From a phage, in the sequence record PX418923.1: a stretch of 50,008 nt of DNA; one strand, given 5' to 3'. Both the position numbers and the translations under genes were made by a program. The notes below the pieces were generated by a model. It ran no database searches, was not told where the DNA came from, and saw only the letters and a list, made by a program, of their open reading frames with translations. Shown here in pieces: positions 9,118 to 17,185 of the stretch. Every line of letters begins with the position of its first letter. The stretch's first letter is position 1.

Positions 9118-9788
9118 CACAGATTGAGGTTAAACTTGTAGATAGTATGGGGGACGATTTACGTGTCTGTAACGCTGCCCGCGTCTCCTTCAATAAATGG
9201 AAAGAAGAGCTAGACGAGGGTGATGTTGGTCTTATTAATTACCTTGCTCGTCATGAACATTCTAGTCCTTTCCGTCATACAGCAATTACCCTTAGTTGTA
9301 AGGCTCCGGTCTTTCTTGCTAGGCAACTCGGCAAGCACCAAGTTGGGCTCTCTTGGAACGAGGTATCACGTCGCTACGTCGATGCTGGTATTGAATTCTT
9401 TGTTCCTGATAATTGGCGTAGTCGCCCTGATGGTTCCGTAAAACAAGGTAGCGGTGATGCCATCATTGATGAGTACACTGGTACAGATCAGGACGGAGCA
9501 TATGCTGGTTCTGTTAAGCAAGACTATAGATATGTCTTAAGCTATTTGATGCAAGTGTATGATGAGTGGATTAAGCATGGTGTAGCTCCTGAAATGGCGC
9601 GTATGGTTCTTCCACAGTCTATGATGGTTGATTGGATTTGGACTGGAAGCCTACCTGCCTTCTTCCATGTATGGCGTCTACGTATTGATAGCCACGCTCA
9701 GAAAGAAGCTCAAGAGTTTGCACAGAAGCTGGAAGAAGTTGTTCAACCCATTTTCCCACATTCTTGGAAGGCCCTTAAAAATGCTTAA
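9114..9788 (+). CDS. thyX: Flavin-dependent thymidylate synthase ThyX-like protein (divergent active-site motif)
   Basis: AARVSF...RHEHSSPFRH...SWNEVSRRY matches ThyX core, but the canonical RHR motif position reads GKHQ. Confidence 0.7.
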   Translation: MTQIEVKLVDSMGDDLRVCNAARVSFNKWKEELDEGDVGLINYLARHEHSSPFRHTAITLSCKAPVFLARQLGKHQVGLSWNEVSRRYVDAGIEFFVPDNWRSRPDGSVKQGSGDAIIDEYTGTDQDGAYAGSVKQDYRYVLSYLMQVYDEWIKHGVAPEMARMVLPQSMMVDWIWTGSLPAFFHVWRLRIDSHAQKEAQEFAQKLEEVVQPIFPHSWKALKNA

Positions 9789-10428
9789 ACCAACTAAAAT
9801 GCACGAGTTGTATGACCTTGCTCTACATGACCGCAAGAACATGCCTGTAGTGGCGTATGGAAGCGCTGGGACAGGTAAGACATATGGTGCTATTGGTCGA
9901 GCTGTATCGTGGCTAGAAACTAACCGTAAGAGCCGTGTAGTGATTGCCAGACCTAACGTCTCCTTCGCTGATACTAACGGGTTTCTGCCTGGCACTGAGC
10001 GAGAGAAGTTGGAGCCTTGGATTAGGCCCCTGCAACAAAACTTTATTGAACATGGTATTGGCATCCGGCACCAAGAAGACCTTGAGAAAAACCATCGTCT
10101 TCAATACTACATGCTTGAACACATTCAAGGGCTTACCTGGGATGACTCTCTCATCATTGTAGATGAATGTCAGAACATGTCCTTCGAACAGATTAAAGTG
10201 TTGGTTACTCGTGTAGGTGAGTACAGCAAACTTGTATTGTGTGGGGACATTGCTCAAACCTCTCCACTGTTTAAAAACTCTGGACTTGCGAGATTTATTG
10301 ATATGGTCGGTAGATATAACTTGCCTGTCCATACTATTCACTTCACTGTAGATGATGTTCTTCGTAGTGAAACTTGCAAGATGTTCATCCAAGCTTTTGA
10401 GGAAGAAGAACATGATCGCGGCATTTAA
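9781..10428 (+). CDS. phoH: PhoH-like ATPase
   Basis: Walker A GSAGTGKT, Walker B IIVDECQN; ATG 9781 overlaps thyX stop. Confidence 0.85.
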   Translation: MLKPTKMHELYDLALHDRKNMPVVAYGSAGTGKTYGAIGRAVSWLETNRKSRVVIARPNVSFADTNGFLPGTEREKLEPWIRPLQQNFIEHGIGIRHQEDLEKNHRLQYYMLEHIQGLTWDDSLIIVDECQNMSFEQIKVLVTRVGEYSKLVLCGDIAQTSPLFKNSGLARFIDMVGRYNLPVHTIHFTVDDVLRSETCKMFIQAFEEEEHDRGI

Positions 10429-10537
10429 TGCACTGCTTGAGTGTTTCGTAACAGGCTTATTCACAGCCCTAATCTTGCTAAGGCAGCACGTCTAGGCTAT
10501 ATGCCTATGTTAATGGTTGTTCAACAAGAGGAAAAGA

Positions 10538-10786
10538 ATGAAGAAGATGACACTGTTGAGCGCTAATTGGTGTGGACCATGTGGCGTAATCAAAGAATGT
10601 ATTGGTCGTAACGAGTATCAAGTAGAGGTTATCGACATTGACAAAAACCCTGCGGCTGCAAGAGAGTTCGGTATCAGAGGTATACCTACTCTAGTAGTGT
10701 TCACTGATGAAAAACCTGAGCTTGTAACAGGCGTACATAACATCCTAGTTAAGATGAAAGAGGTAAGTAATGCCCAGACTGCTTGA
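10538..10786 (+). CDS. Thioredoxin
   Basis: WCGPC active site; AAGAGG RBS 6 nt before ATG 10538. Confidence 0.8.
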   Translation: MKKMTLLSANWCGPCGVIKECIGRNEYQVEVIDIDKNPAAAREFGIRGIPTLVVFTDEKPELVTGVHNILVKMKEVSNAQTA

Positions 10787-11085
10787 GCCTAAGTATAGTT
10801 ATACCTTTGACTATCCTGAAGCCATTCAGTTTGCTAAGGTACAGTCATCTATCTTCTGGACTGATGACGAGATTAACGTAGAAAAAGATATTCAAGACAT
10901 TCGTGTAAACATGACAGAGGCGGAGGCGCATGGAGTCATTACAACACTTCGTCTCTTTACTTTGTACGAACTGGTTGCTGGTCGTGACTATTGGCTTGGT
11001 CGTGTCCTCAAAACTTTCCCTCGTCCTGATATTGAGAGGATGGCAGCTACTTTTGGGTTCTTTGAACTTAATGTTCACGCTCCGT
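10770..11085 (+). CDS. nrdB: Ribonucleotide reductase small subunit NrdB, exon 1
   Basis: N-terminal R2 homology through the iron-ligand E..H region (FFELNVHAP); unspliced frame stops at 11093. Confidence 0.7.
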
Positions 11086-11900
11086 CAAAATAGGGCGGCC
11101 TTTTCAAGAGATTGAAATTGAATAACTAACCTAAAAACGGGGAAGGGTTACTGACCTAATCCCGTGCTAACTCGCTATGAGATGTGTAACGACTATGAAA
11201 ATTAAAGACAAAAAAGAACTAATTAAGCTCATTTCCTTCATCACCATGGGTGATGGGTCTGTCTATAGGAACCGTGGTGCAGGCAACTGTCTGTTCTCCT
11301 TTTCCCAAACTGAAGACCACAAAGACTTCGTAGATTATGTGGGTTCCATCATCTCCAATATCACGTCTTACAAGGTTGTGGTAGATGAGAGAGAGGCACC
11401 AAGGAAATCTCTGCTTAAGTTGTGCACTCCTGTACATCCATACTTCAACAAACTGCGTGACCGGATTTATGTAGACTCCTACAAATCCATTGATCCACAT
11501 GCGTTGAAGATGTTAGACTTTGAAGCGTTAGCTATTTTGTATATGTGCGACGGTTGTTTGGGTAAGAGTATGAATTCGAACGGCTCTGTTGCTCGAACAG
11601 TGACACTTAACTTGTGCAGACTCTCCTACGGAGACCAGCTTCTACTGAAGAAGGCTCTTAAAGAAAAGTTAGACCTGGAATGGAACGTCGTTAAAACTGG
11701 TGGTAAATACCTGACTTTGCGTTTGCGGATGAAAGATTTCGACAAATTCATGCATGGTATCGAGCCATATATGCAAGAAAGCTTCCGATATAAACTTGAA
11801 ATTCGTACGGTTAGCCCCGAGAAATCGGGTGGTGAGATAGTCTGATCTATGTGGCAACACATAGGAGCCTGGCAGAAATGTCCAGGACATGAACGATATG
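11086..11900 (+). mobile_element. Group I intron in nrdB carrying a LAGLIDADG homing endonuclease ORF
   Basis: 5' exon ends in U (11085), intron ends in G (11900); the splice restores frame (codon T+TC=Phe) giving a 322-aa NrdB; intron contains P3-P7-like AAACGGGGAA...AAUCCCGUGCUAA and 3' GAGAUAGUCUG plus GNRA hairpin. Confidence 0.6.
11177..11845 (+). CDS. LAGLIDADG homing endonuclease (intron-encoded)
   Basis: Two LAGLIDADG-type motifs (LISFITMGDGSV and LAILYMCDGCLG). Confidence 0.8.
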   Translation: MRCVTTMKIKDKKELIKLISFITMGDGSVYRNRGAGNCLFSFSQTEDHKDFVDYVGSIISNITSYKVVVDEREAPRKSLLKLCTPVHPYFNKLRDRIYVDSYKSIDPHALKMLDFEALAILYMCDGCLGKSMNSNGSVARTVTLNLCRLSYGDQLLLKKALKEKLDLEWNVVKTGGKYLTLRLRMKDFDKFMHGIEPYMQESFRYKLEIRTVSPEKSGGEIV

Positions 11901-12553
11901 TCTACAATAAGATTAATGAAGCGCTTATGCTCAATACGGACGAGTTTTATCTTGCTTATGTTAACGATCCCATTCTAAAAGAACGTATGGAGTTTGTTGA
12001 CAGTTTGGTTGAGAAAGATGACCCACTGTACAGTCTTGGCGCTTTCTCTATGGTAGAGGGTGCTGTTCTGTACTCAAGCTTTGCTTTCCTTAAGCACTTC
12101 CAAGCTAAAGGTAAGAACAAACTGATGAACGTAGTGAGGGGTATTAACTTCTCTGTACGTGATGAGAACCTGCACTGTGAAGGTGGGGCTTGGTTGTTTA
12201 ATACTTTGAAGCAAGAGATTAAAGCTGAGGGTGGATACATCAACCCAAACCTTGAGTATGACTTGGCTAACTGTGCCAGAACTATTGCAGAGCATGAGTT
12301 CCGTATTGTTGACATGATCTTTGAGAAGGGTGAAATGGAAGGCATCACTGCTGAACAAATGAAAACCTTTGTCAAGTCTCGCGTTAATATTTGTCTTGCT
12401 CAGCTTGGTATTGATCCGGTGTTTGATGTAAGTAACAACATCATTGCTGAATGGTTCTATGACGGAATTAACGGAGTTATGTTCCATGACTTCTTCTCTG
12501 GCATTGGTAATAGTTACAACCGCAGTTGGGATGAGAAAGGATTTAGTTGGTGA
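11901..12553 (+). CDS. nrdB: Ribonucleotide reductase small subunit NrdB, exon 2
   Basis: Continues R2 homology (YNKINEA..., second iron-ligand motif RDENLHCEG). Confidence 0.7.
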
Positions 12554-14241
12554 GTACAATTTACGAGAAACTTTCCCAAGAGAGGAAAGAACTTCAAGCA
12601 CAAGGTCTTGTACCTGAATGGATGACTACTGGTGGATGGCAACTCTTTAAAGAAAAATATTTGTGGGAGGCGAGAGGACTTAAAGACACATACGAGCGTA
12701 TCGCTAAAACTGCTGCACAACATACTGACGACCCTGACAAGTGGGCCGCTAAGTTTTTTGATGTTCTTTGGCGCGGCTGGCTTGCTGCCTCTACTCCTGT
12801 TCTTAGTAACATGGGTACAATCAAAGGTATGCCAGTAAGCTGCTCTGGTCAATATATTGAGGACAGCATTGATGGATTCTATTCAGCCTACCACGAAACG
12901 GCTATGCTTACAAAGAATGGCTTCGGCACGTCGGGCTATCTCGGCGATATCAGACCTCGTGGAAGCATCATCAGTACCGGAGGAAAAGCTTCAGGTACTC
13001 TGCCAATCTTTAAGCATTTTGTCCAAGACATGCGAGATGTTGCACAAGGAACTTCTCGGAGAGGAGCATGGGCAGGGTATCTGCCTATTGACCACGGAGA
13101 CTTCTACGAAATCGTAGACTATCTAAAGAACTTCCCAGACGACCTTAACATTGGCTGGAACCTAAGCCAAGCGTTTATCGACCGTCTAGAAGCAGGTGAT
13201 GTAGACGCTGTACAACGCTTCCAGAGAGCAATGTATGTTAAGGCTATCACTGGTAAGGGCTATTTCTTTAAGCCTGACACAGTGAACGCTATGAACCCAC
13301 AGGTGTATAAAGACAGGGGGCTTGAAGTTAAAGCCTCTAACCTTTGCACTGAGATTACATTGTTTAGTGACGAAGACCATACCTTCACTTGTGTGCTCTC
13401 GTCTATGAATCTGGAGAAGTATGATGAATGGAAAAACACAGATGCAGTGTTCGTGTCTACAGTGTTTCTTGACTGCGTTGCACAAGAGTTTATCCGACTC
13501 GCCAAGGGACAAAAGGGTTTTGAAAAGAGTGTTAGATTCACTGAGGCAAGCCGGGCTCTTGGGCTTGGAGCCCTTGGTTTCCACACCTATCTGCAAGCTA
13601 AGATGATCCCACTTGAGTCTTTCGAGGCTCATATGACCAACCTAGAAATCTTCCAACATCTACATGAGGAGGCCACTCGTGCTACAAAGTGGATGGCGAA
13701 AGCTTGGGGCGAGCCTGAGTGGTGTAAAGGTTATGGTGTTAGGAACACTCATCTACTTTCTATTGCCCCTAACACATCTTCTGCTCTTATCTGTGGGGGC
13801 GTCTCCCAAGGTATTGAACCGGTGGTTGCAAATCTGTACAATCAACCAACCTCCGCAGGGGAAATTTACAGAGTCAATCCTGTCTTTCTTAACCTGGCAA
13901 AGAAACGTGTTGGGTGGACTGACGAACTCGTTAAAGAACTGACTGAAACTGAAGGTAGCGTACAACATCTTGATTGGCTTAGTCCGAAAGAGAAAGCTGT
14001 ATTCAAGACGGCTTATGAGGTGGATCAAGCAGCTCTGGTTAGATTAGCAGCAGCTCGACAGCCTTACATCTGTCAAGCACAGTCACTTAATTTGTTCTTT
14101 GACGCTGATGAAAGTGAAACCTACATTGCTCAAATCCATAAAGAAGCTCTACTCAATCCACAAATCAAGTCCCTCTACTACATGCGAACCAAAGCAGGAG
14201 TGCAGGCAAGTAAGGGGGAGTGTGAAGCGTGCAGTGGATAA
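12547..14241 (+). CDS. nrdA: Ribonucleotide reductase large subunit NrdA (class I, no ATP cone)
   Basis: ASTPVLSNMGT, NLCTEITLF active-site region, C-terminal CEACSG; TTG/GTG start overlapping nrdB stop. Confidence 0.85.
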   Translation: MVSTIYEKLSQERKELQAQGLVPEWMTTGGWQLFKEKYLWEARGLKDTYERIAKTAAQHTDDPDKWAAKFFDVLWRGWLAASTPVLSNMGTIKGMPVSCSGQYIEDSIDGFYSAYHETAMLTKNGFGTSGYLGDIRPRGSIISTGGKASGTLPIFKHFVQDMRDVAQGTSRRGAWAGYLPIDHGDFYEIVDYLKNFPDDLNIGWNLSQAFIDRLEAGDVDAVQRFQRAMYVKAITGKGYFFKPDTVNAMNPQVYKDRGLEVKASNLCTEITLFSDEDHTFTCVLSSMNLEKYDEWKNTDAVFVSTVFLDCVAQEFIRLAKGQKGFEKSVRFTEASRALGLGALGFHTYLQAKMIPLESFEAHMTNLEIFQHLHEEATRATKWMAKAWGEPEWCKGYGVRNTHLLSIAPNTSSALICGGVSQGIEPVVANLYNQPTSAGEIYRVNPVFLNLAKKRVGWTDELVKELTETEGSVQHLDWLSPKEKAVFKTAYEVDQAALVRLAAARQPYICQAQSLNLFFDADESETYIAQIHKEALLNPQIKSLYYMRTKAGVQASKGECEACSG

Positions 14242-14282
14242 TGCAATGCTCAATGACGTGAATTTCTGCTAGAAAAATTTTT
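14242..14282 (+). promoter_or_regulatory. Conserved repeated element, copy 1 (AATGCAATG...GAATTTCTGCTAGAAAAATTTTT)
   Basis: One of four copies of a 21-bp core with a shared upstream AATGCRATGGGCAATGG-like half; lies just after nrdA stop. Confidence 0.4.
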
Positions 14283-14294
14283 GGCAAAAGAAAA

Positions 14295-14309
14295 GGGGCC
14301 TTTGGCCCC
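14295..14309 (-). terminator. Rho-independent terminator at the convergence of plus and minus gene blocks
   Basis: GGGGCC-TTT-GGCCCC hairpin; on the minus strand it is followed by TTTTCTTTTGCC and sits 6 nt after the last minus-strand stop. Confidence 0.5.
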
Positions 14310-14315
14310 TGCTCT

Positions 14316-14594
14316 TTATCTCTCTAACTTACCTTCCAGTCTAGCTACGTTCTTACTCAGACTATCTACGCTATCGGACAGTTTGCCTAACACTCTAATA
14401 GTTTCAGCTTGTGTCTTCTCAGCGTTCTCTAGCTTAGTTTCAAGCACTTGTGTTTGAACAACAAGCCCCTCACTTTTGGCGGCGCCATGTTTAATGTCTT
14501 GAACATCGGCGTACAATATCCCTCCGCCAAACACTAAACTCCCTACAGTAACTACGGTTTGAACACCAGTACCAATCTTATCTAATAGTGCCAT
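14316..14594 (-). CDS. Small membrane protein, lysis-associated (holin/spanin-like)
   Basis: N-terminal hydrophobic segment then coiled coil; last gene of late operon next to holin-like and lysozyme genes. Confidence 0.4.
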   Translation of the reverse strand: MALLDKIGTGVQTVVTVGSLVFGGGILYADVQDIKHGAAKSEGLVVQTQVLETKLENAEKTQAETIRVLGKLSDSVDSLSKNVARLEGKLER

Positions 14595-14953
14595 TAGCGC
14601 TTCCTCGTAGCGAAGATATCAGTCACCTTCTTGATACCGAAGGAGGCTGCGAAGACTACGCCAATAAGATATTGATACCACTCTGGACATTCGGACAGGT
14701 TCTTAAACCCAGCCTCGACAATACCATCAGCCCCAGGGATAAACGCCAGTACCATAGGTACAGAAATGAGGATGGTAAGCCACTCATCTTTCCAACTAGA
14801 CTTACTAGCCTCTGCTTGGATGTTATCCCAATTAGCATCATTATTAATCTGCGTGACTTGCTGATTAATCTGAGCCTCTTGAATCTTCTGCTTACCTTCC
14901 AACCAAGTCTTACCTAGCCCAGCTAGCCCTCCTATTACATCGACAATCCACAT
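14594..14953 (-). CDS. Putative holin-like membrane protein
   Basis: Two C-terminal hydrophobic segments; adjacent to lysozyme; purine-rich RBS. Confidence 0.4.
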   Translation of the reverse strand: MWIVDVIGGLAGLGKTWLEGKQKIQEAQINQQVTQINNDANWDNIQAEASKSSWKDEWLTILISVPMVLAFIPGADGIVEAGFKNLSECPEWYQYLIGVVFAASFGIKKVTDIFATRKR

Positions 14954-14982
14954 TTCATTTCTTCCCCTTCTTTAACGGCATG

Positions 14983-15420
14983 TCATTCTCCAAGGAATTG
15001 TTTACGTTCTTTGGCCCGCCTATTAGCAAGACCCTTAATCACAACAAGCTTCCCATCTACTCGGCCTTTGTTCCACACTAGGAACTGACCAGCCGCTCCA
15101 ATATAATCTCCAGCGTTAAGCTTCTTAAGCAACGTCGAGGTCTTGAAGTTAGTAGGACCAATGTTGTACACCAAACTCACCAGAGCGTCGAACTGATGCT
15201 GTTTGAGTGGAACCTTGACGTAGGTATTGACATACCCTTCAAACTCCACCAGACGCTTCCTAAGACGCTTCTCGGCCTCTTCTTTGGTGATGGTAAGGCC
15301 TTTAACTACATCAGGGCCAGTATCACCATAACCAATGGTCCATACACCTACAGAATCGAGGTAGGCTACAAGACGTAGCCCCTCGTGCTCTTTAATGGCG
15401 TCGATATTATTCGTTCGCAT
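14983..15420 (-). CDS. Lysozyme (T4 e-like, GH24)
   Basis: EGLRLVAYLDSVGVWTIGYGDT catalytic region; ATG at 15420 with GAGGAGGAG RBS. Confidence 0.8.
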   Translation of the reverse strand: MRTNNIDAIKEHEGLRLVAYLDSVGVWTIGYGDTGPDVVKGLTITKEEAEKRLRKRLVEFEGYVNTYVKVPLKQHQFDALVSLVYNIGPTNFKTSTLLKKLNAGDYIGAAGQFLVWNKGRVDGKLVVIKGLANRRAKERKQFLGE

Positions 15421-17185
15421 TATTCTCCTCCTCTCCAATACCAAACAAAGCTTCGTAATTCTTCTGCCAAGTAGACCGATAGTCAGTGTTACCATCCAAG
15501 TGAGCAGACATACGGATGAGCCTGTTCAGCACAGGAGAGACACTCTTGTTCAGGTTTTGAGCTTTCCTACGGATGGCGAGAGAAGCATCAGGCTTGGCTT
15601 GGAACACTACACCACTACCAGTAAACACAGGTTTGATAACATCAGTCGGATTGATAACAGTATAAGTAGCTTGACCTCTCAGTGCTCGACTAGGAGTAGC
15701 TTGAAGACCAATGATACGAGCTTGTTCATACTCCTTCTGAATGAGGGGGATGACAGCTTGTTCGTATTGTTGACTCAGTACGTTCTTAGCCGCTACTGCT
15801 GTGTCAGCAGGGACACCACCACGAGCACTGGTATACTTACCAAATTGAGGATCAGCCAGGAAGTCAACAATCTGGTTGAAGTCTTGAGGACGCTCAGTGG
15901 CAGGACCATAAGCATTAATACCTTTCAGCATTTGACTAACGTGTTGATCAAGCTCACGCTCAGCAAGCTGATCACCATTCATACGACCACCATTGAAAGC
16001 AGTCATACCTTCTTTAACCATAGACAGGTAGCTTTGATTGGACTGTTTCTCGTTGTCATTGTCTGGCATAACATCAACAGGCTTACCGCCAGTTTGGCTA
16101 GGCATGTTCTGACTAATCTTATCCACTACCTTCCTGTCAATTACTTGCAGGAGGTTAGGGGAAGCGTATTGGAACATACTGGAGGTAGCTACTACACGAG
16201 CCACTTCAGGGTCACCAAGTAGGTTGAGCTTCTGCTGAGCGAGGATGTTCTCGTTCTTATTCTTCAACACTTCGTTATCAATCTTACCACTTACATAGTC
16301 AAGAGCAGTTTGATAACGTAGCTTCATGGGGTTAGTGATGTTGTTAACGTACTCGGACGGTGCATCAGAGCCGATCTGAGAGACAGTCTGCTGAATGATG
16401 GCGTATTGTTGGTTGACCATCATAATGGCATCTTGCTCACTAATCTCACCACGATCCTTACGAGCCATAATCTCTTGCAGATCATTGTTGAACTTGTAGT
16501 TGTAACTATCAGCAAGATTGCCTACAGCCACTCTAGAACGCTCAGCACGCTCTCTTTGTACGAGGCCTAGCCTGGCACTATCCCTGGAGTAAACAGCCGT
16601 CTGTTGGTTAATCTTGGCCGTTTGCAGGGCTACTTGACGTTGTTGCATCTGCAAGTCTTCTTGTGCACGCTTGAAGTTCAGATAGTTCTGAGTGGCTTCA
16701 AGTCGTTCACCCTCTCCTTTAGCACTCGGTGGCACCCAACCATTCAGAGTAGCTTCCTTCTCGGCAGCCAGCCAAATCTTTTCCTTATCAGTACCATCAG
16801 CTACAACCTTACCAAGACCAGAAGTAGAGACAAGTTGTTTCTGCAACTCTGCGAAATCACCAACCAAAGCGGGGCTGTTAGCCACCGCCTCAGTATAGTT
16901 TTTACGCATACGCATACGTGCTTCTTGGCTGGAGATATCCCCCATGTCCACAGCGTCTGCTAGTTTAAGTTGGGTTTGTGCAAAGTTGCTAAGGGCTTGG
17001 TTCTTCATCTGCTCAAGTTCAGCTTTCTGTCTAGCAACTTGAACCTTGAGCAACCCAGGCACTACGGCCTGGGCTATGTCAGAGAATGCGTCAAGAGTCA
17101 CAGAAGAAGATCGGTCAACCACCGGAGGCATGGGAGTGGTTGCACTCCCAGCCAGAGGTTGGATACCAGTATTGAATTCAGCCAT
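15407..17185 (-). CDS. Internal virion/ejection protein
   Basis: 592 aa, Q- and A-rich, in late operon between large virion protein and lysozyme; function inferred from position. Confidence 0.45.
   Translation of the reverse strand: MAEFNTGIQPLAGSATTPMPPVVDRSSSVTLDAFSDIAQAVVPGLLKVQVARQKAELEQMKNQALSNFAQTQLKLADAVDMGDISSQEARMRMRKNYTEAVANSPALVGDFAELQKQLVSTSGLGKVVADGTDKEKIWLAAEKEATLNGWVPPSAKGEGERLEATQNYLNFKRAQEDLQMQQRQVALQTAKINQQTAVYSRDSARLGLVQRERAERSRVAVGNLADSYNYKFNNDLQEIMARKDRGEISEQDAIMMVNQQYAIIQQTVSQIGSDAPSEYVNNITNPMKLRYQTALDYVSGKIDNEVLKNKNENILAQQKLNLLGDPEVARVVATSSMFQYASPNLLQVIDRKVVDKISQNMPSQTGGKPVDVMPDNDNEKQSNQSYLSMVKEGMTAFNGGRMNGDQLAERELDQHVSQMLKGINAYGPATERPQDFNQIVDFLADPQFGKYTSARGGVPADTAVAAKNVLSQQYEQAVIPLIQKEYEQARIIGLQATPSRALRGQATYTVINPTDVIKPVFTGSGVVFQAKPDASLAIRRKAQNLNKSVSPVLNRLIRMSAHLDGNTDYRSTWQKNYEALFGIGEEENNANE

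Noticed and set aside
10476-10504. Possible sigma70-like promoter (TTGCTA-17-TATATG) upstream of the thioredoxin gene
   Set aside because: Only 4/6 matches in each hexamer and no supporting features
10770-11093. Reading nrdB as a truncated 107-aa pseudogene
   Set aside because: The rest of the R2 protein is intact downstream and an in-frame splice (11085/11901) restores a full-length protein
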